A stretch of DNA of 64,000 nucleotides from Antedon mediterranea (Eukaryota; Animalia; Echinodermata), in the NCBI RefSeq assembly GCF_964355755.1, contig NC_092675.1, forward strand, positions 2,599,812 to 2,663,811, read 5' to 3'. A model generated the notes under the pieces. That model worked only from the letters and a program-made list of their open reading frames with translations, made no database searches and was not told the origin of the DNA. The translations under genes were made by a program, and so were the position numbers. Positions 1-12,031 of this stretch are shown one piece after another. How positions within the stretch are numbered: position 1 is the first letter of the stretch; every line of letters begins with the position of its first letter.

Positions 1-682
1 GAGTAGATTTAAAGTTTTTTGAAGAATCATACATCTTGCATTCAATGCTGTTCCGGAGATTGGATGAAAATTTGGGAGGTTCGAGAGGAAGTTTTTTTTG
101 GACAGTGCCTTAACGTCATGGCCTAATCAAAATGAACACTATAAATCTGTCCTTTGTGGCGCACAATGAATTTTGGAAGTACTCAAAATGATTGAATGGC
201 AGGCCAATATGCACTGTGCTGTGACACTGTGTGTGACCATTGAAAATACCCCCGATTTAATGTAAATAAAATACTAGATTATTCATGTATTCAGTAACAT
301 GACTATCGACTTCTACAATGTAGTATTTGTTTGTGTTGAACAAGACCTAGGCCTAGCTAGCCGTACAAACTCAGATAAAATCCGAGTCTGGCTAGCTTCT
401 TTCTAACTAAAGTTCCTGTGTCACACTGTGTGTGATTTCTTTTTTAATTTGCGAGGAAGAAGGAAAGGGAATCATTTTTTCAGAAGGTTAATATAATAAG
501 TAAAGATTTTTTGGATTACTCTACAGTAGTACTACTATACTGTGAATAGAGATATAGGCCTAGGCTATATATATATCAGGGAAAAATTGTGTTTTGTATA
601 GCTTTTTGCTATGCTACACTGGCGAAATTATTCCCTGTATATATATTTTAAATAGGCCTAGGCTAGGCCTATGGACCGGTAC

Positions 683-829
683 CTTTGCGAGACCGCGCAT
701 GCAGATACGGATTCCCCTCAACTTGAGGTCACCTCGTAAATCCACAACAACATGGCCTGACACAAACTCGCCAGCTGAGTAGACGGATTTATTATGATCA
801 AGTGAAATGTGGAAGTCTCTAATCTTCAT
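683..829 (-). CDS. Alpha-arrestin (ARRDC-family) gene, first coding exon; gene continues off the left edge
   Basis: ATG at 829 gives MKIRDFHISLDHNKSVYSAGEFVSGHVVVDLRGDLKLRGIRICMRGLAK, the typical arrestin-N start (vYxxGexVsGxVvv...i.i...G.Ak). It ends at a phase-0 donor AAG|GTACCG. Confidence 0.85.
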
Positions 830-1308
830 CTTCACAGGTCCTTTTAACGTCTTTTACGTAAAATATACACAAATTCATTATGCTTCTTTCCAAAAGTGAG
901 GCACACATCCAGTCATTAAACACATTATTTCCAGTCAATGTTGACAAAAAACCCACACAACATCCATACAAATTTTTAGCCTCCACACTCTATATTGTGT
1001 GTGTGACCTTTTCCGGAAATAAATTAAAGTATTGTTTATTATGATACCCATAATGCTTTTCAAGCGAGCGAAAATCAGCTGTTGCTTAGTCTGGGTTCCA
1101 GACGGAGTTTTGTCTTAATATTAGTAAAAAGATAAATATTTTGGCACATATGGCGTTTCATACGTATACTACTCGATTTTGGACAAAAATCGCGGTCGAA
1201 ATAAAAACAAATAAATTAAAAAAAAAGATAATACAGACTTGGGGCAAGTCTAGCTGCTGCTATGCCGCTCTAAACACAATACAAGAAAAGTTTTCTATTA
1301 CCGTATTA

Positions 1309-1760
1309 TTTGAATTACCTTGAATTACCTTGAAATTAAGGCTAAAGCAAATTGCTTATTCGCCTCTCTGGAATTACAAATCTCTTACATACGGCTGAAA
1401 CTTCTGGTGATGGTTTTTCCAGTGTTCTTTCAAATTAGACTTAAACTGATTTTGACTAGTCTACAACAACTCTCGGCAAAGCGTTCCAATCGTTAACTAC
1501 TCTTGCTCCAAAATTATTTGATCCCCATTTAGTTTTGACCCCCATTTAGTTTTGACCCGCGGCTTTAATAGTTTGAAAGAATGACCTCTAGTATAATGGA
1601 TAGTTGACATATTAAAAAAGGTTTCAATGTCCAATTTATCGAATCCTTTCAGTATTTTAAATACTTGGATCAGAGAAGCTCTCTTTCTTCTATAAACTAA
1701 CGTAGGAAGATCAAGTATTTTTAGCCTTGAATAAAGGCGTTGCTTTGAATAAACTCCCAC
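1309..1760 (-). mobile_element. 3' fragment of a CR1-group LINE
   Basis: LPTLVYRRKRASLIQVFKILKG...TRGHSFKL and downstream NDWNALP are the conserved CR1 ORF2 C-terminus. The fragment ends in a short tandem tail (TTCAAGGTAA)n near 1310-1335. Confidence 0.8.
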
Positions 1761-2446
1761 TAGAATAATGTAAACGCTCCTTACATACAACTCAATATTT
1801 CAAAGATAGTTTTTACTAATAGTTTTATGTATTTTATTGATACTTTTTAATGTTTTATATATAAGGAAAACAAATTTTATGTTCGGCTTGTTGTGTTCAT
1901 GACAATAAAGATTTCTTATCTTACCACCTGCATGCATACACAAATAGAGGCCTATTATTATTAATTATGCATTACATTGTAGACCTACAAATTACAAGCA
2001 TTTTGATAAAATTGTTACTGTATTTGAGCAATTCTATTAATATTAATAATTGTTTTGTATTTTTTCATATCTCTAAGAGGTATATATATGATTATACAGT
2101 ACAATGTTACGGCCATGGAAGACACCCAAACAATTAACAAAAAGCTTTAAAATTAAAACAATTCGTAATATGTTGATGCGGTTTTATTTAGATTTTGTTT
2201 ACATTTTGGGTTGTTTTAGGCCTTACATTTTTGTTTCAATGTAGGCCTAGACCGGGCTTATTTACTCAATCGGCAATTTAAATCGAAATTTAATTTAGTT
2301 GAGATTCATAACAATAAAGGCACTGTCACGATAAATATGGTCCGGGGCCAAAATCGGTCCGGCCGGACCAGTTTTGGCTCTGTCACGATAAATATGGTCC
2401 GGGGCCAAAATCGGTCCGGCCGGACCAGTTTTGGCTCTAAAATTGT

Positions 2447-4216
2447 GGGTGTGTAGAAAGCGACGACCTCGAATTGGACGACCCCAACGACCCGGGCGAC
2501 CTCGAATTGAACGACCTCGAATTGAACGACCCATAACACGAAACCGACGACCCCTATAGCCTAGCCTAGCCTAGGCCTAAGTGTGGTATAACATCCCGAA
2601 GCCGAACATAGACAAAGATCTTTAAACTATACCTTATTATATAATACTCGCAAGCAAGCAATTGATTTTTTTTGAATGAAAAATTACAGAAATATCGCCA
2701 TTTGATACTGATTGTGTCGACACGAACAAACGAAAATATATGGAACGCCAAGAGTGCATAATTAAAACTGCATTCGACATATTAAAAATAAATTAAAAAG
2801 AAATAAATATTATACAATACATGGTTAAACCATGGACGTATAATTACATCTCGTCTTCTTATAACGAACACTATAGGCCTACCAAGCAGCGTAACATGTG
2901 CATGGGGGGGTATGACCGGTTGGGCCGCCGACAAATTGAGCCGCCGGTAATTTCTATGAAACGGCCAGTGCGTCTTTTACGACATTTCGCGTAGTGATAG
3001 AGTGGTGTCCTAGTAGGCCCTACATAAGTTCATGGTCTTTAGGTTTATTGTGTCATGAAAATAAATAATAATTACATACTACAATTTTGTTGGTTTGAAA
3101 CAGCAAAGGAAAGTAGTCATATTTAATAATTTAATTGTTTTTAATCTTTCAAGGTAAAAATGCAGTGCACTCCATAATATTTTTCTCGCGTGTACGCCTA
3201 CCACGTAAAATCACGTTGTCTCTCAGGACTAATAGAGTATTGATATTCTTCGAATGAGGTTAAATAATTATTATTTTTTATTTACTATCTTTTAATATCA
3301 TATTTTATTGAATTTTACAATGTTAATACACAAAATATTTTACTAAAAAACGGTGATTTTATGCAATTATTTTACTTCAACTGCCGCCTGAGGGGGCAAC
3401 ATGTTTACGTCATTTTTGGCTAAAAACGATCATTTTCGGTCATGTTTTAGGCCTTATATTTTGGAATCTACAAGTCAGATATTCATAATTATTTCTCTTT
3501 AATTATAATATTTAATAATATATACTAAAAACCGTGATATATAAACTTTGGAATATACATAGTTATATCTAATAATTAATATAAATAGAACTTCTATTAA
3601 ATAGAAACGAGCACCGGCGAAAGTAAGCATTTGGCGTTTCATAGAAAATAACGTTTTTGGCGGCGCCTCAACTTGTCGGCGGCTCAACTTGGCCTAATCC
3701 TGCATGGGGAGGGCCATAAGAAAGCTTTACATTTCACACATGCATTGTATACGGTCAAACCATGGAGGTATAAAAATATTTTTACCAAACCATGGAGCTG
3801 GTCAAACCAGGGAGTTGGTCAAACCATATACCTCCATGGTCAAACCTTACCTGCCGCTGAAAAAGGGCCTGGTTTGCCATGTTTATGATATTTCGTGTGC
3901 TAATCGAGTCGAATGCAGTTTTAATGATGCACTCTTGGCGTTCCATATCTGTTCGTTTGTTCGTGTCGACACATTCAGTATCAAATGGCGATACCGATAT
4001 TTCTGTATTTTTTCAATCAATTGCTTGCTTGCGAGTATTATATAATAAGGTATGTTCGGGATGTTATACCATACTTAGGCCTAGGCTAGGCTAGGCTAGG
4101 CTATTATAGGGGTCGTCGGTTTCGTGTTATGGGTCGTCCAATTCTAGGTCGTCCAATTCGAGGTCGCCCGGGTCGTTGGGGTCGTCCAATTCGAGGTCGT
4201 CGCTTTCTACACACCC
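2447..4216. mobile_element. Mutator-like non-autonomous element (family B) with ~330-bp TIRs
   Basis: GGGTGTGTAGAAAGCGACG...CGTCGCTTTCTACACACCC termini, inverted arms ~2447-2780 and ~3905-4216, and a 10-bp TSD CTAAAATTGT (2437-2446, 4217-4226). The empty site is visible in the copy at 9571. Confidence 0.85.
2908..3700. mobile_element. Older MULE-like MITE (family C) nested in element B
   Basis: Imperfect TIRs (GGTTGGGCCGCCGACAAATTGAG / CTCAACTTGTCGGCGGCTCAACTT) and a 9-bp direct repeat TGCATGGGG at 2899-2907 and 3701-3709. Confidence 0.7.
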
Positions 4217-5936
4217 CTAAAATTGTGGCCAAAAGCAGTCCGCCACTGCCAAAATCGGTCCGGGTTTTTCTTCTGTCGATTTTAATTGAATTACTAGGCC
4301 TATGATGCTGTTTTAAGTTGTTTATGGCTAGAAAAATATCCCATGATATATATTAGTAAGTTATCTTGTCGGATAAATACTATAAATAAATGTATTTTAT
4401 CTAAAAACATGACTTAGGGGTTCACTCATATTTCGGCCTGCCACACACTCACACGAACGGGTATGAGACGCTGATATTGCCAGCTAGATTTTATTTATGA
4501 TTGAGGCCTTTTTCCTTCCTCAGCCTAATCAATATTGGATAATTGTTTTATAATAATTGTATTGAATTGATATATTGATTGATTAACCATAAATAATTAA
4601 TAAATTAAATTGTTTTTAACATCATGGGGAAACGAAGATGTTAAAGAAGAACAAAATGGATTAAAAACAGGCAGATACATATTGTATACAAAAGCCTAAC
4701 AATTAGTACTAATTATTGATGAGTTACTACTAATAATAATTAAAAAAACAGGCTTAATTTATAATATTAAAATAACAAATAAAACCCTGTAGTTTTCAAT
4801 ATAATGACTAATCATGGCATTTTTTTAATGATATATACATTATGACTCATTTTGCGCACCATATATTTGTAAGACCGGACCATATTTGGCGGCCAAAAAC
4901 AGTCCTACTGCCCGGACCGATTTTATCCAGGCCGGACCAGTTTTGGCGGCCAAAATTGGTCCGGCCGGACACGTTTTGGCAGCCATAAATGGTCCCCCGG
5001 ACTGATTTTGGCAGCCAAAACTGGTCCGCCGGACCGATTTTGGCGCGGCCCGGACTGATTTTGGTGTGACAGCTCTAAAATTGTGGCCAAAAGCAGTCCG
5101 CCACTGCCAAAATCGGTCCGGGCTTTCTTCTGTCGATTTTAATTGAATACCAGGCCTATGATGCTGTTTTAAGTTGTTTATGGCTAGAAAATTATCCCAT
5201 GATAAATACTATAAATAAATGTATTTATCTAAAAACATGACTTAGGTGTTCACTCATATCGGCCTGCCACACACTCATATGAACGGGTATGAGACGCTGA
5301 TATTGCCAGCTAGATTTTATTTATGATTGAGGCCTTTTTCCTTCCTCAGCCTAATCAATATTGGATAATTGTTTTATAATAATTGTATTGAATTGATATA
5401 TTGATTGATTAACCATAAATAATTAATAAAATTAAATTGTTTTTAACATCATGGGGAAACGAAGATGTTAAAAAAGAACAATATGGATTAAAAACAGGCA
5501 GAGATACATATTGTATACTAAAAGCCTAACAATTAGTTACTACTAATAGGCCTAATGATAATTAAAAAAACAGGCTTAATTTATAATATTAAAATAACAA
5601 ATAAAACCCGTTAGTTTTCAATATAATGACTAATACATTTTTTTTTAATGATATATACATTATGACTCATTTTGCGCACCATATATTTGTAAGACCGGAC
5701 CATATTTGGCGGCCAAAAACAGTCCTACTGCCCGGACCGATTTTATTCAGGCCGGACCAGTTTTGGCGGCCAAAATTGGTCCGGCCGGACAGGTTTTGGC
5801 AGCCATAAATGGTCCCCCGGACTGATTTTGGCAGCCAAAACTGGTCCGCCGGACCGATTTTGGCCCGGACTGATTACAATTGAGTTTCATAAACTAATTT
5901 CTGAAACAATTCAAATAAGTGATAGTAATATAATAA

Positions 5937-6197
5937 TTCGATCAGAGTAGGCATACGAAGATGTTATTATTTCTCCCGTTGGCCTAACACTTCATTTGAC
6001 GTTCGATTAGAGTAGGCCTACGAAGATGTTATTATTTCTCTCCCGTTGGCCTAACACTTCATTTGACTTTCGATGCGAGTTAGGCATACGAAGATGTTAT
6101 TATTTCTCTCCCGTTGGACTAACACTTCATTTGACGTTCGATGCGAGTAGGCATACGAAGATGTTATTATTTCTCCCGTTGGCCTAACACTTCATTT
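5937..6197. repeat. Tandem repeat, ~63-65-bp unit, about 4 copies, containing the sulfotransferase stop codon
   Basis: Repeated GAGTAGGCATACGAAGATGTTATTATTTCTCCCGTTGGCCTAACACTTCATTT. Confidence 0.9.
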
Positions 6198-7868
6198 CCT
6201 TTATGCATCATGTTCCGAAGAATTCTAGGAATGAATTCTTTTGGTTTTAGTGTTAAATCATAACATAGTTTGCTGAAATCAAATGATACAATCTGACTAC
6301 CGCCAATATTGCACTTATGGAGACGTGGTCTAACTCTTTTACACACTACGTCTTTAGTGGATATTACATCGGTAAAGTTAAGGTTGTAGTTGTACGAAAC
6401 TATTAGGTTGCCGCTCTTTCCACTTTTTTCTGAATCAAAACTGCTCAAACAAACATTTGAAAGAAACGATTTAATTTTACGAAAAGCATCAAGATCTGAT
6501 TGAAAATTCGGTCCATAATTTTTTACATGATCGTCAAAACGCCTCCTAAAATAGTCGTACAGTTTCATATCGAGTGCGTTCCAGTTACCGATCTTCAAAA
6601 CAAGATCTTTCGATAACGACACCTGCGAATATCTCTTCTTTTTAGGAAAGTATACAATATCCTCAAATCGCCAGCACATCATCTTCTTCAATATTATTAA
6701 CGATTCGTCAAACATTTCGGTTATCATAACGAAATCAAAATCTGTGTCTAATTTCTTAATTTTTGTAATGATATCATTTGCATTAAGAAGCGATGGATTA
6801 ATTCCCAAATCCCTAATTTGACAATTATGAGTAGCAAATTTCATTTTACTTTTTTTCCAGTTTAGGAATGGATGTTCCATCCACTCTCTTAATCTACTGG
6901 TTTTATTCCCTTTACGTCCTCCAATTGAAAAGTAATCAAAAGCTGATTCAAACTGTGTTACTGGGTTTCGCAATATAGTTACATACGTTGTGTTTTTCTT
7001 CATAAATGAATCAAATACGTCTCTGTTGAATCTGGCGTGTATACTAAATACATTATATTTATAATTAGTGTAATCTCCCTTGCGAATGCCCATTGGTGAA
7101 AATAGTCTTCTTACAACATTGGTGGTTATGCTTTTGTCTGAAAAACTTAAACCTGTAATTGGTACGACAACTTGTAGTTTGTTCTGGAGAGCAAAGTTCT
7201 GCATTATCCACCAAATTGTTGATCCACCTGTTTTATGGGTCTTCAAAAAGACGATGTTCTTCTTTGGTTCACATGTCTGTGCTCTATTGATCTGATTGGC
7301 ATTATAAGCCCTACAAAAGAGTAACACAAACAAAATAAAATATTTTTAAATTTTGTATTAATATTTTTTTTGAGCAACCTGTTGTGTCAATGTCGTGATT
7401 AATTTACGCTACAAAGTATAATTTATTTATTAAATTTTACACTGAACATAGAAATATATTATATATAATATAGTCAAAGAACCAGCATAAAAACCGAAGA
7501 TATGCGTTCTTAGATATAAATAGTTTATTTCTATTGTTCAACGAAAATGTCTCTATAATGACTTTACATTGCGAATTTGTTAGTTTTCCCCTACTACGCT
7601 ATAAACAGAAGAAACAAAATCAGTATTACAGTAACAAATCTAGTTCAGAATGTGAATTCTTCCCTTTCTAATAAACAGAACGAAAATGTTTTGAAATTAG
7701 AAAAAATAAGAAAATAATTAATGTATATACTGACATTTGTTTGTTTGTTAATAAATCAACGTTCGTGCTTCGATGTGGAGCCTCTGTTGGTGATCGTTTC
7801 CACATTCCTAGTATCATTGGTAAGGGAGCTAGCAGTATCCCAATTACAACAACTAAACAAAAAACGTG
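6167..7868 (-). CDS. Galactose-3-O-sulfotransferase (GAL3ST-family) Golgi type II protein; exons 7868-7735 and 7310-6167; start exon not located
   Basis: The large exon has the 5'-PSB motif IVFLKTHKTGGST, the 3'-PB motif TILRNPVTQFESAF, and FVMITEMFDESL / WNALDMKLY. The upstream exon encodes a signal-anchor-like HVFCLVVVIGILLAPLPMILGMW and joins in frame (AT|GTCAGT...TTGTAG|G GCT). Confidence 0.9.
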
Positions 7869-8819
7869 CTACAAAAATACGAACAAAATTTAGTTACATC
7901 AGGGAGTTGTTATTAAACAACTCCCGGGTTACATTATTCAAAATATATTTTTTTGTTTGTGAAATATAAAACGCTTCACAGTTGGATTTGATTTATTTAG
8001 TTTAATGTGAAAATTATTCTAGATGAAATTAATGAAGAGAAAAGTTTCATTTTCAGTCAAACACCCCACTTTGTTCACATTAATATTTGTATTTAATATG
8101 ATTTAGTCCGATGTGATATACTCGTTCAAAGTAGGCCTAGTTATATATTATCATCCTGTTTATGTAAGTACCCTAACCCTATCAGAGAAAACTCAGTGAT
8201 ACTCAGGTAACTAGACTAGTGATCTGGAGGTCGACGGTTATAATCCCACCCGAGAATTATAACGTCAGTAGGACAAATTTGACCAAGAAATCTTATCGGT
8301 TAAAATGGAAATTTTGTCTTGACAAAATTAAGACAATAAAACTACAAAGGAAAATACATTCAATTTCTAAAAAATGCTATAGGAGAATGTTAATACTATA
8401 CTAATATTGTATCTTTATACGATGCTTCGTTATGTCCGGCCGAACTGTTCGCAATGACTGACCATCCCTCGTAAGCGATCTCCCATATTATGGTTTCAAT
8501 TAACTCTTTTGGCTACCAATTTACCTTTATAGACATTATTTTGTAAAAGTTTTGAAATCCCTCAAACGATGGATTTTGGTATATTTCTGAAATAAACAAA
8601 TGAATATTTAACACATTATCATCTGGAAGATTATATTAATTTTTTTGGCTTTGCCTGAAATGTATTCCGAAAAGTTCTAAGCTAGGTTAAAAGCGGTTAT
8701 GATTCAAATTTTCAGAATTATAGGCCTACATGGTCTTGCCAGTTTTAGAATCCAGCAAGTTTTTATATTTGTTGATTGTATGGAACTAGAGGTCATGAGT
8801 AAAAGCAAGTTTGGCTCAC

Positions 8820-9010
8820 CAGGAAGTTTTCAGTTGTGGAATAGCCTACCATCTGGTCTAAAAGCTCCAAGCCTAAATCAATTTAAGTCACTGCTTAATG
8901 ATTATTGGATTTTCCCATTTATAAACACATCATCTCTAACAACAAAACTCAAATATTGTCGTTGAAGTTATATTTTTAATATATTATAAACAATCATAAA
9001 AGTGAAGGGT
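8820..9010 (+). mobile_element. Short CR1-like LINE 3' fragment
   Basis: LWNSLPSGLKAPSLNQFKSLLNDYW is the conserved terminal ORF2 motif. Confidence 0.6.
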
Positions 9011-9013
9011 CAC

Positions 9014-9171
9014 AGCTATTTAGCTTGTTAACCGACCCATTAACATCAAGCAACTACGGTAGTTCACATTCTATAGGTGTTTGCTTGTAGCTATTTAGCT
9101 TGTTAACCGACCCGTTAACATCAAGCAACTACGGTAGTTCACATTCTAGGTGTTTGCTTGTAGCTATTTAG
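9014..9171. repeat. Tandem duplication of ~74 bp
   Basis: AGCTATTTAGCTTGTTAACCGACCC...GTGTTTGCTTGT occurs twice. Confidence 0.85.
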
Positions 9172-9570
9172 GTGAGGACAAACTAAACCCACCTTTTATG
9201 ATGCTGCTGCTTTAAGTTGTTTAAGATTGCGTCAATTTCCAACTACGCCGTCCACAAATTAGGCCTATTTCAAAACTATATTATCTGAATGGTATCCTTC
9301 CCTTTCATTCTTTAATGTCATTTGTAATTTAGTAGGCCTAATACATACTGAGTGTACAAACTGGGCCATGTTTACCAGGGCCTTAGCCAGGATCTGTCAA
9401 GAGGGGGGGGGGGGGTCGGACACTAAGTATTTGGGTCACTGCCCCGCGTCTGAGGCGAATTTTTTTTAATGACACCCCTTGATGGCCGGAAATGGTACTC
9501 TCACACATAACATTCTTGATAAATGGCACCTCTAATTGGCCGGAAAAAACACTCTCATGCAGCATGCTAC

Positions 9571-10476
9571 TGTCACGATAAATATGGTCCGGGGCCAAAA
9601 TCGGTCCGGCCGGACCAGTTTTGGCTCTAAAATTGTGGCCAAAAGCAGTCCGCCACTGCCAAAATCGGTCCGGGTTTTTCTTCTGTCGATTTTAATTGAA
9701 TTACTAGGCCTATGATGCTGTTTTAAGTTGTTTATGGCTAGAAAAATATCCCATGATATATATTAGTAAGTTATCTTGTCGGATAAATACTATAAATAAA
9801 TGTATTTTATCTAAAAACATGACTTAGGTGTTCACTCATATTTCGGCCTGCCACACACTCACACGAACGGGTATGAGACGCTGATATTGCCAGCTAGATT
9901 TTATTTATGATTGAGGCCTTTTTCCTTCCTCAGCCTAATCAATATTGGATAATTGTTTTATAATAATTGTATTGAATTGATATATTGATTGATTAACCAT
10001 AAATAATTAATAAATTAAATTGTTTTTAACATCATGGGGAAACGAAGATGTTAAAAAAGAACAAAATGGATTAAAAACAGGCAGATACATATTGTATACA
10101 AAAGCCTAACAATTAGTACTAATTATTGATGAGTTACTACTAATAATAATTAAAAAAACAGGCTTAATTTATAATATTAAAATAACAAATAAAACCCTGT
10201 AGTTTTCAATATAATGACTAATCATGGCATTTTTTTAATGATATATACATTATGACTCATTTTGCGCACCATATATTTGTAAGACCGGACCATATTTGGC
10301 GGCCAAAAACAGTCCTACTGCCCGGACCGATTTTATCCAGGCCGGACCAGTTTTGGCGGCCAAAATTGGTCCGGCCGGACACGTTTTGGCAGCCATAAAT
10401 GGTCCCCCGGACTGATTTTGGCAGCCAAAACTGGTCCGCCGGACCGATTTTGGCCCGGACTGATTTTGGTGTGACA
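9571..10476. mobile_element. Intact 906-bp family A element (TGT...ACA termini, 4-bp TSD; Ginger-like by inference)
   Basis: TGTCAC/GTGACA ends, TSD CTAC on both sides, arrays of palindromic GGTCC-GG-CC-GGACC subterminal motifs, and near identity to the copies at 2324-5875. Confidence 0.9.
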
Positions 10477-12031
10477 CTACCATTGAACAAAACGATCGTA
10501 CTTTTTTCCTCCTCCTCACACACGTGGACTATAGGACGATAACATTTGTTGCCGTATGTTAGATGCGCGTGCTCTGTGTGCGGAACCACCGCCGATTGTT
10601 TGATCATTCACTCGGCATTTTGTTTGCGTTCAAGTTACAATCCCCCTCCACCCCCCCCCCCCCCCCCCAAAAAAAAGCACAATTTGGGTGAGAAGACAAA
10701 TCCAATGCTTATTACAGCCAGGGCCGGACCCAGGGGTGTTTCCCTTGTGGCCCGGGCAACACCCTTAATTTCTTACTAAATGTTGTTTCTGCCACTAAAT
10801 TAAAATTGAGTTCCATTTCATCGTATACAATATCCATCCGGACCCGGAACTTGATATGCTTAGTCATAAAGTAGTTACAGAGTTGAAGGGCATTTTATCA
10901 TTGTTAAATGATATTAGCCTAATTGTTAAAACGACCTTCACAACCAAAATCATTCTTTGTAATAAAATTTATTTTAAATAGAACGCTACAAAAATAATCC
11001 TCTGCTTCATCAGAGCATGAATACCTAATAACCAGACAAGAACGTATCTTTATTACGTTTTACTATCAATCCATTTTCATATCACGCAATCCATTTCTCA
11101 ACAATAGTATAATAATAGCATTTTGATTGAATAGTGAGGGATTAGTTACAGTTTGACTTTGAATAAACCATTGGTAATTTACTGAAAATCCAAAATGAAC
11201 TTGTGTTATAATACAAACAAAATTCTTCTGTCAAAGAAACGCTCTACTCATGAGAAATAGATGTCGGTCGATAAACTTCTGACGACGACTAAAACAACGA
11301 CACTCAGCTAAATGTTAGTGATTTTATTTCATCTCTGGCTTGTTACATTTTTCATGACACATTACCGGACTTTCCCCTCTTCTCGCAATGAACGACAGTA
11401 CAGATCTTCCCTATCTAGGCTGGTGTATGTAGGATACTACGTTATTCACAAATTACCCACGCATAGCAGTGTTACTAGAGCCATCACAGATTACCTCTAA
11501 TGGATCAATCATTCACACATGAATTAAAAAATTCATCGACAAACGAAATATAGCCTATATTCATTCCTTTTAAATATTAGGCATATTGCCAAGGCTAATA
11601 ATCGATTTGTCCATAATTATTGCGTTTTCCAAAATCTAAGGCCAATTTTTAGGCCAAATCATAATTGTGCGTATAGTTTTGTATTTCCGATGCGTGTAGT
11701 ACCCTATATATTATCTTCATTTCCGTACGTTCGTAAATTTAAGGCCGAATTTCCGTAGTAATTTATAGACGTTCCGAAATTTGAACCGTGTTATACCGGT
11801 AGCAGAGCAAAGTTTGCTTCTTTCTGCAAATGTCCTATCATTATTTTCTTTGTTTTATTTGGAGTGTGGTTTAAAACAACACTTTTGTAAAGTTTATAGT
11901 GGATAAATAAAAATGAATTTTTGGAAATTGTGGTTTTAACATCTGACTTTATTTAGCATTTTTAAATGAATTAAAATTCCAAATTATACAATTTAACCTT
12001 TTGCTCAATATATTTATAGCAACAGCTTCAT

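Larger units (their letters stand above)
2381..5071. mobile_element. Family A copy inserted into the outer family A copy
   Basis: TGTCAC at 2381 and GTGACA ending at 5071, flanked by the 4-bp duplication GCTC (2377-2380 and 5072-5075). Confidence 0.9.
2324..5875. mobile_element. Non-autonomous TGTCAC...GTGACA DNA element (family A), outer copy, interrupted, right terminus damaged
   Basis: Starts TGTCACGATAAATATGG at 2324, resumes at 5072 after the nested copy, and is colinear with the intact copy at 9571-10476. It stops at ...CGGACTGATT without the GTGACA end. Confidence 0.85.

Noticed and set aside
2295-2539. Repetitive ORFs (GRSIRGR / VVQFEV) and similar ORFs at 5626-5808 and 10250-10607
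   Set aside because: They are translations of transposon subterminal repeats, with no domain signature or splice support.
5937-6197. Possible CRISPR-like repeat array
   Set aside because: Units are contiguous with no unique spacers, the context is eukaryotic, and there are no cas genes.
7311-7333. ORF-track N-terminus MFVLLFCR of the sulfotransferase
   Set aside because: It is the intron polypyrimidine tract and acceptor; the exon begins at 7310.
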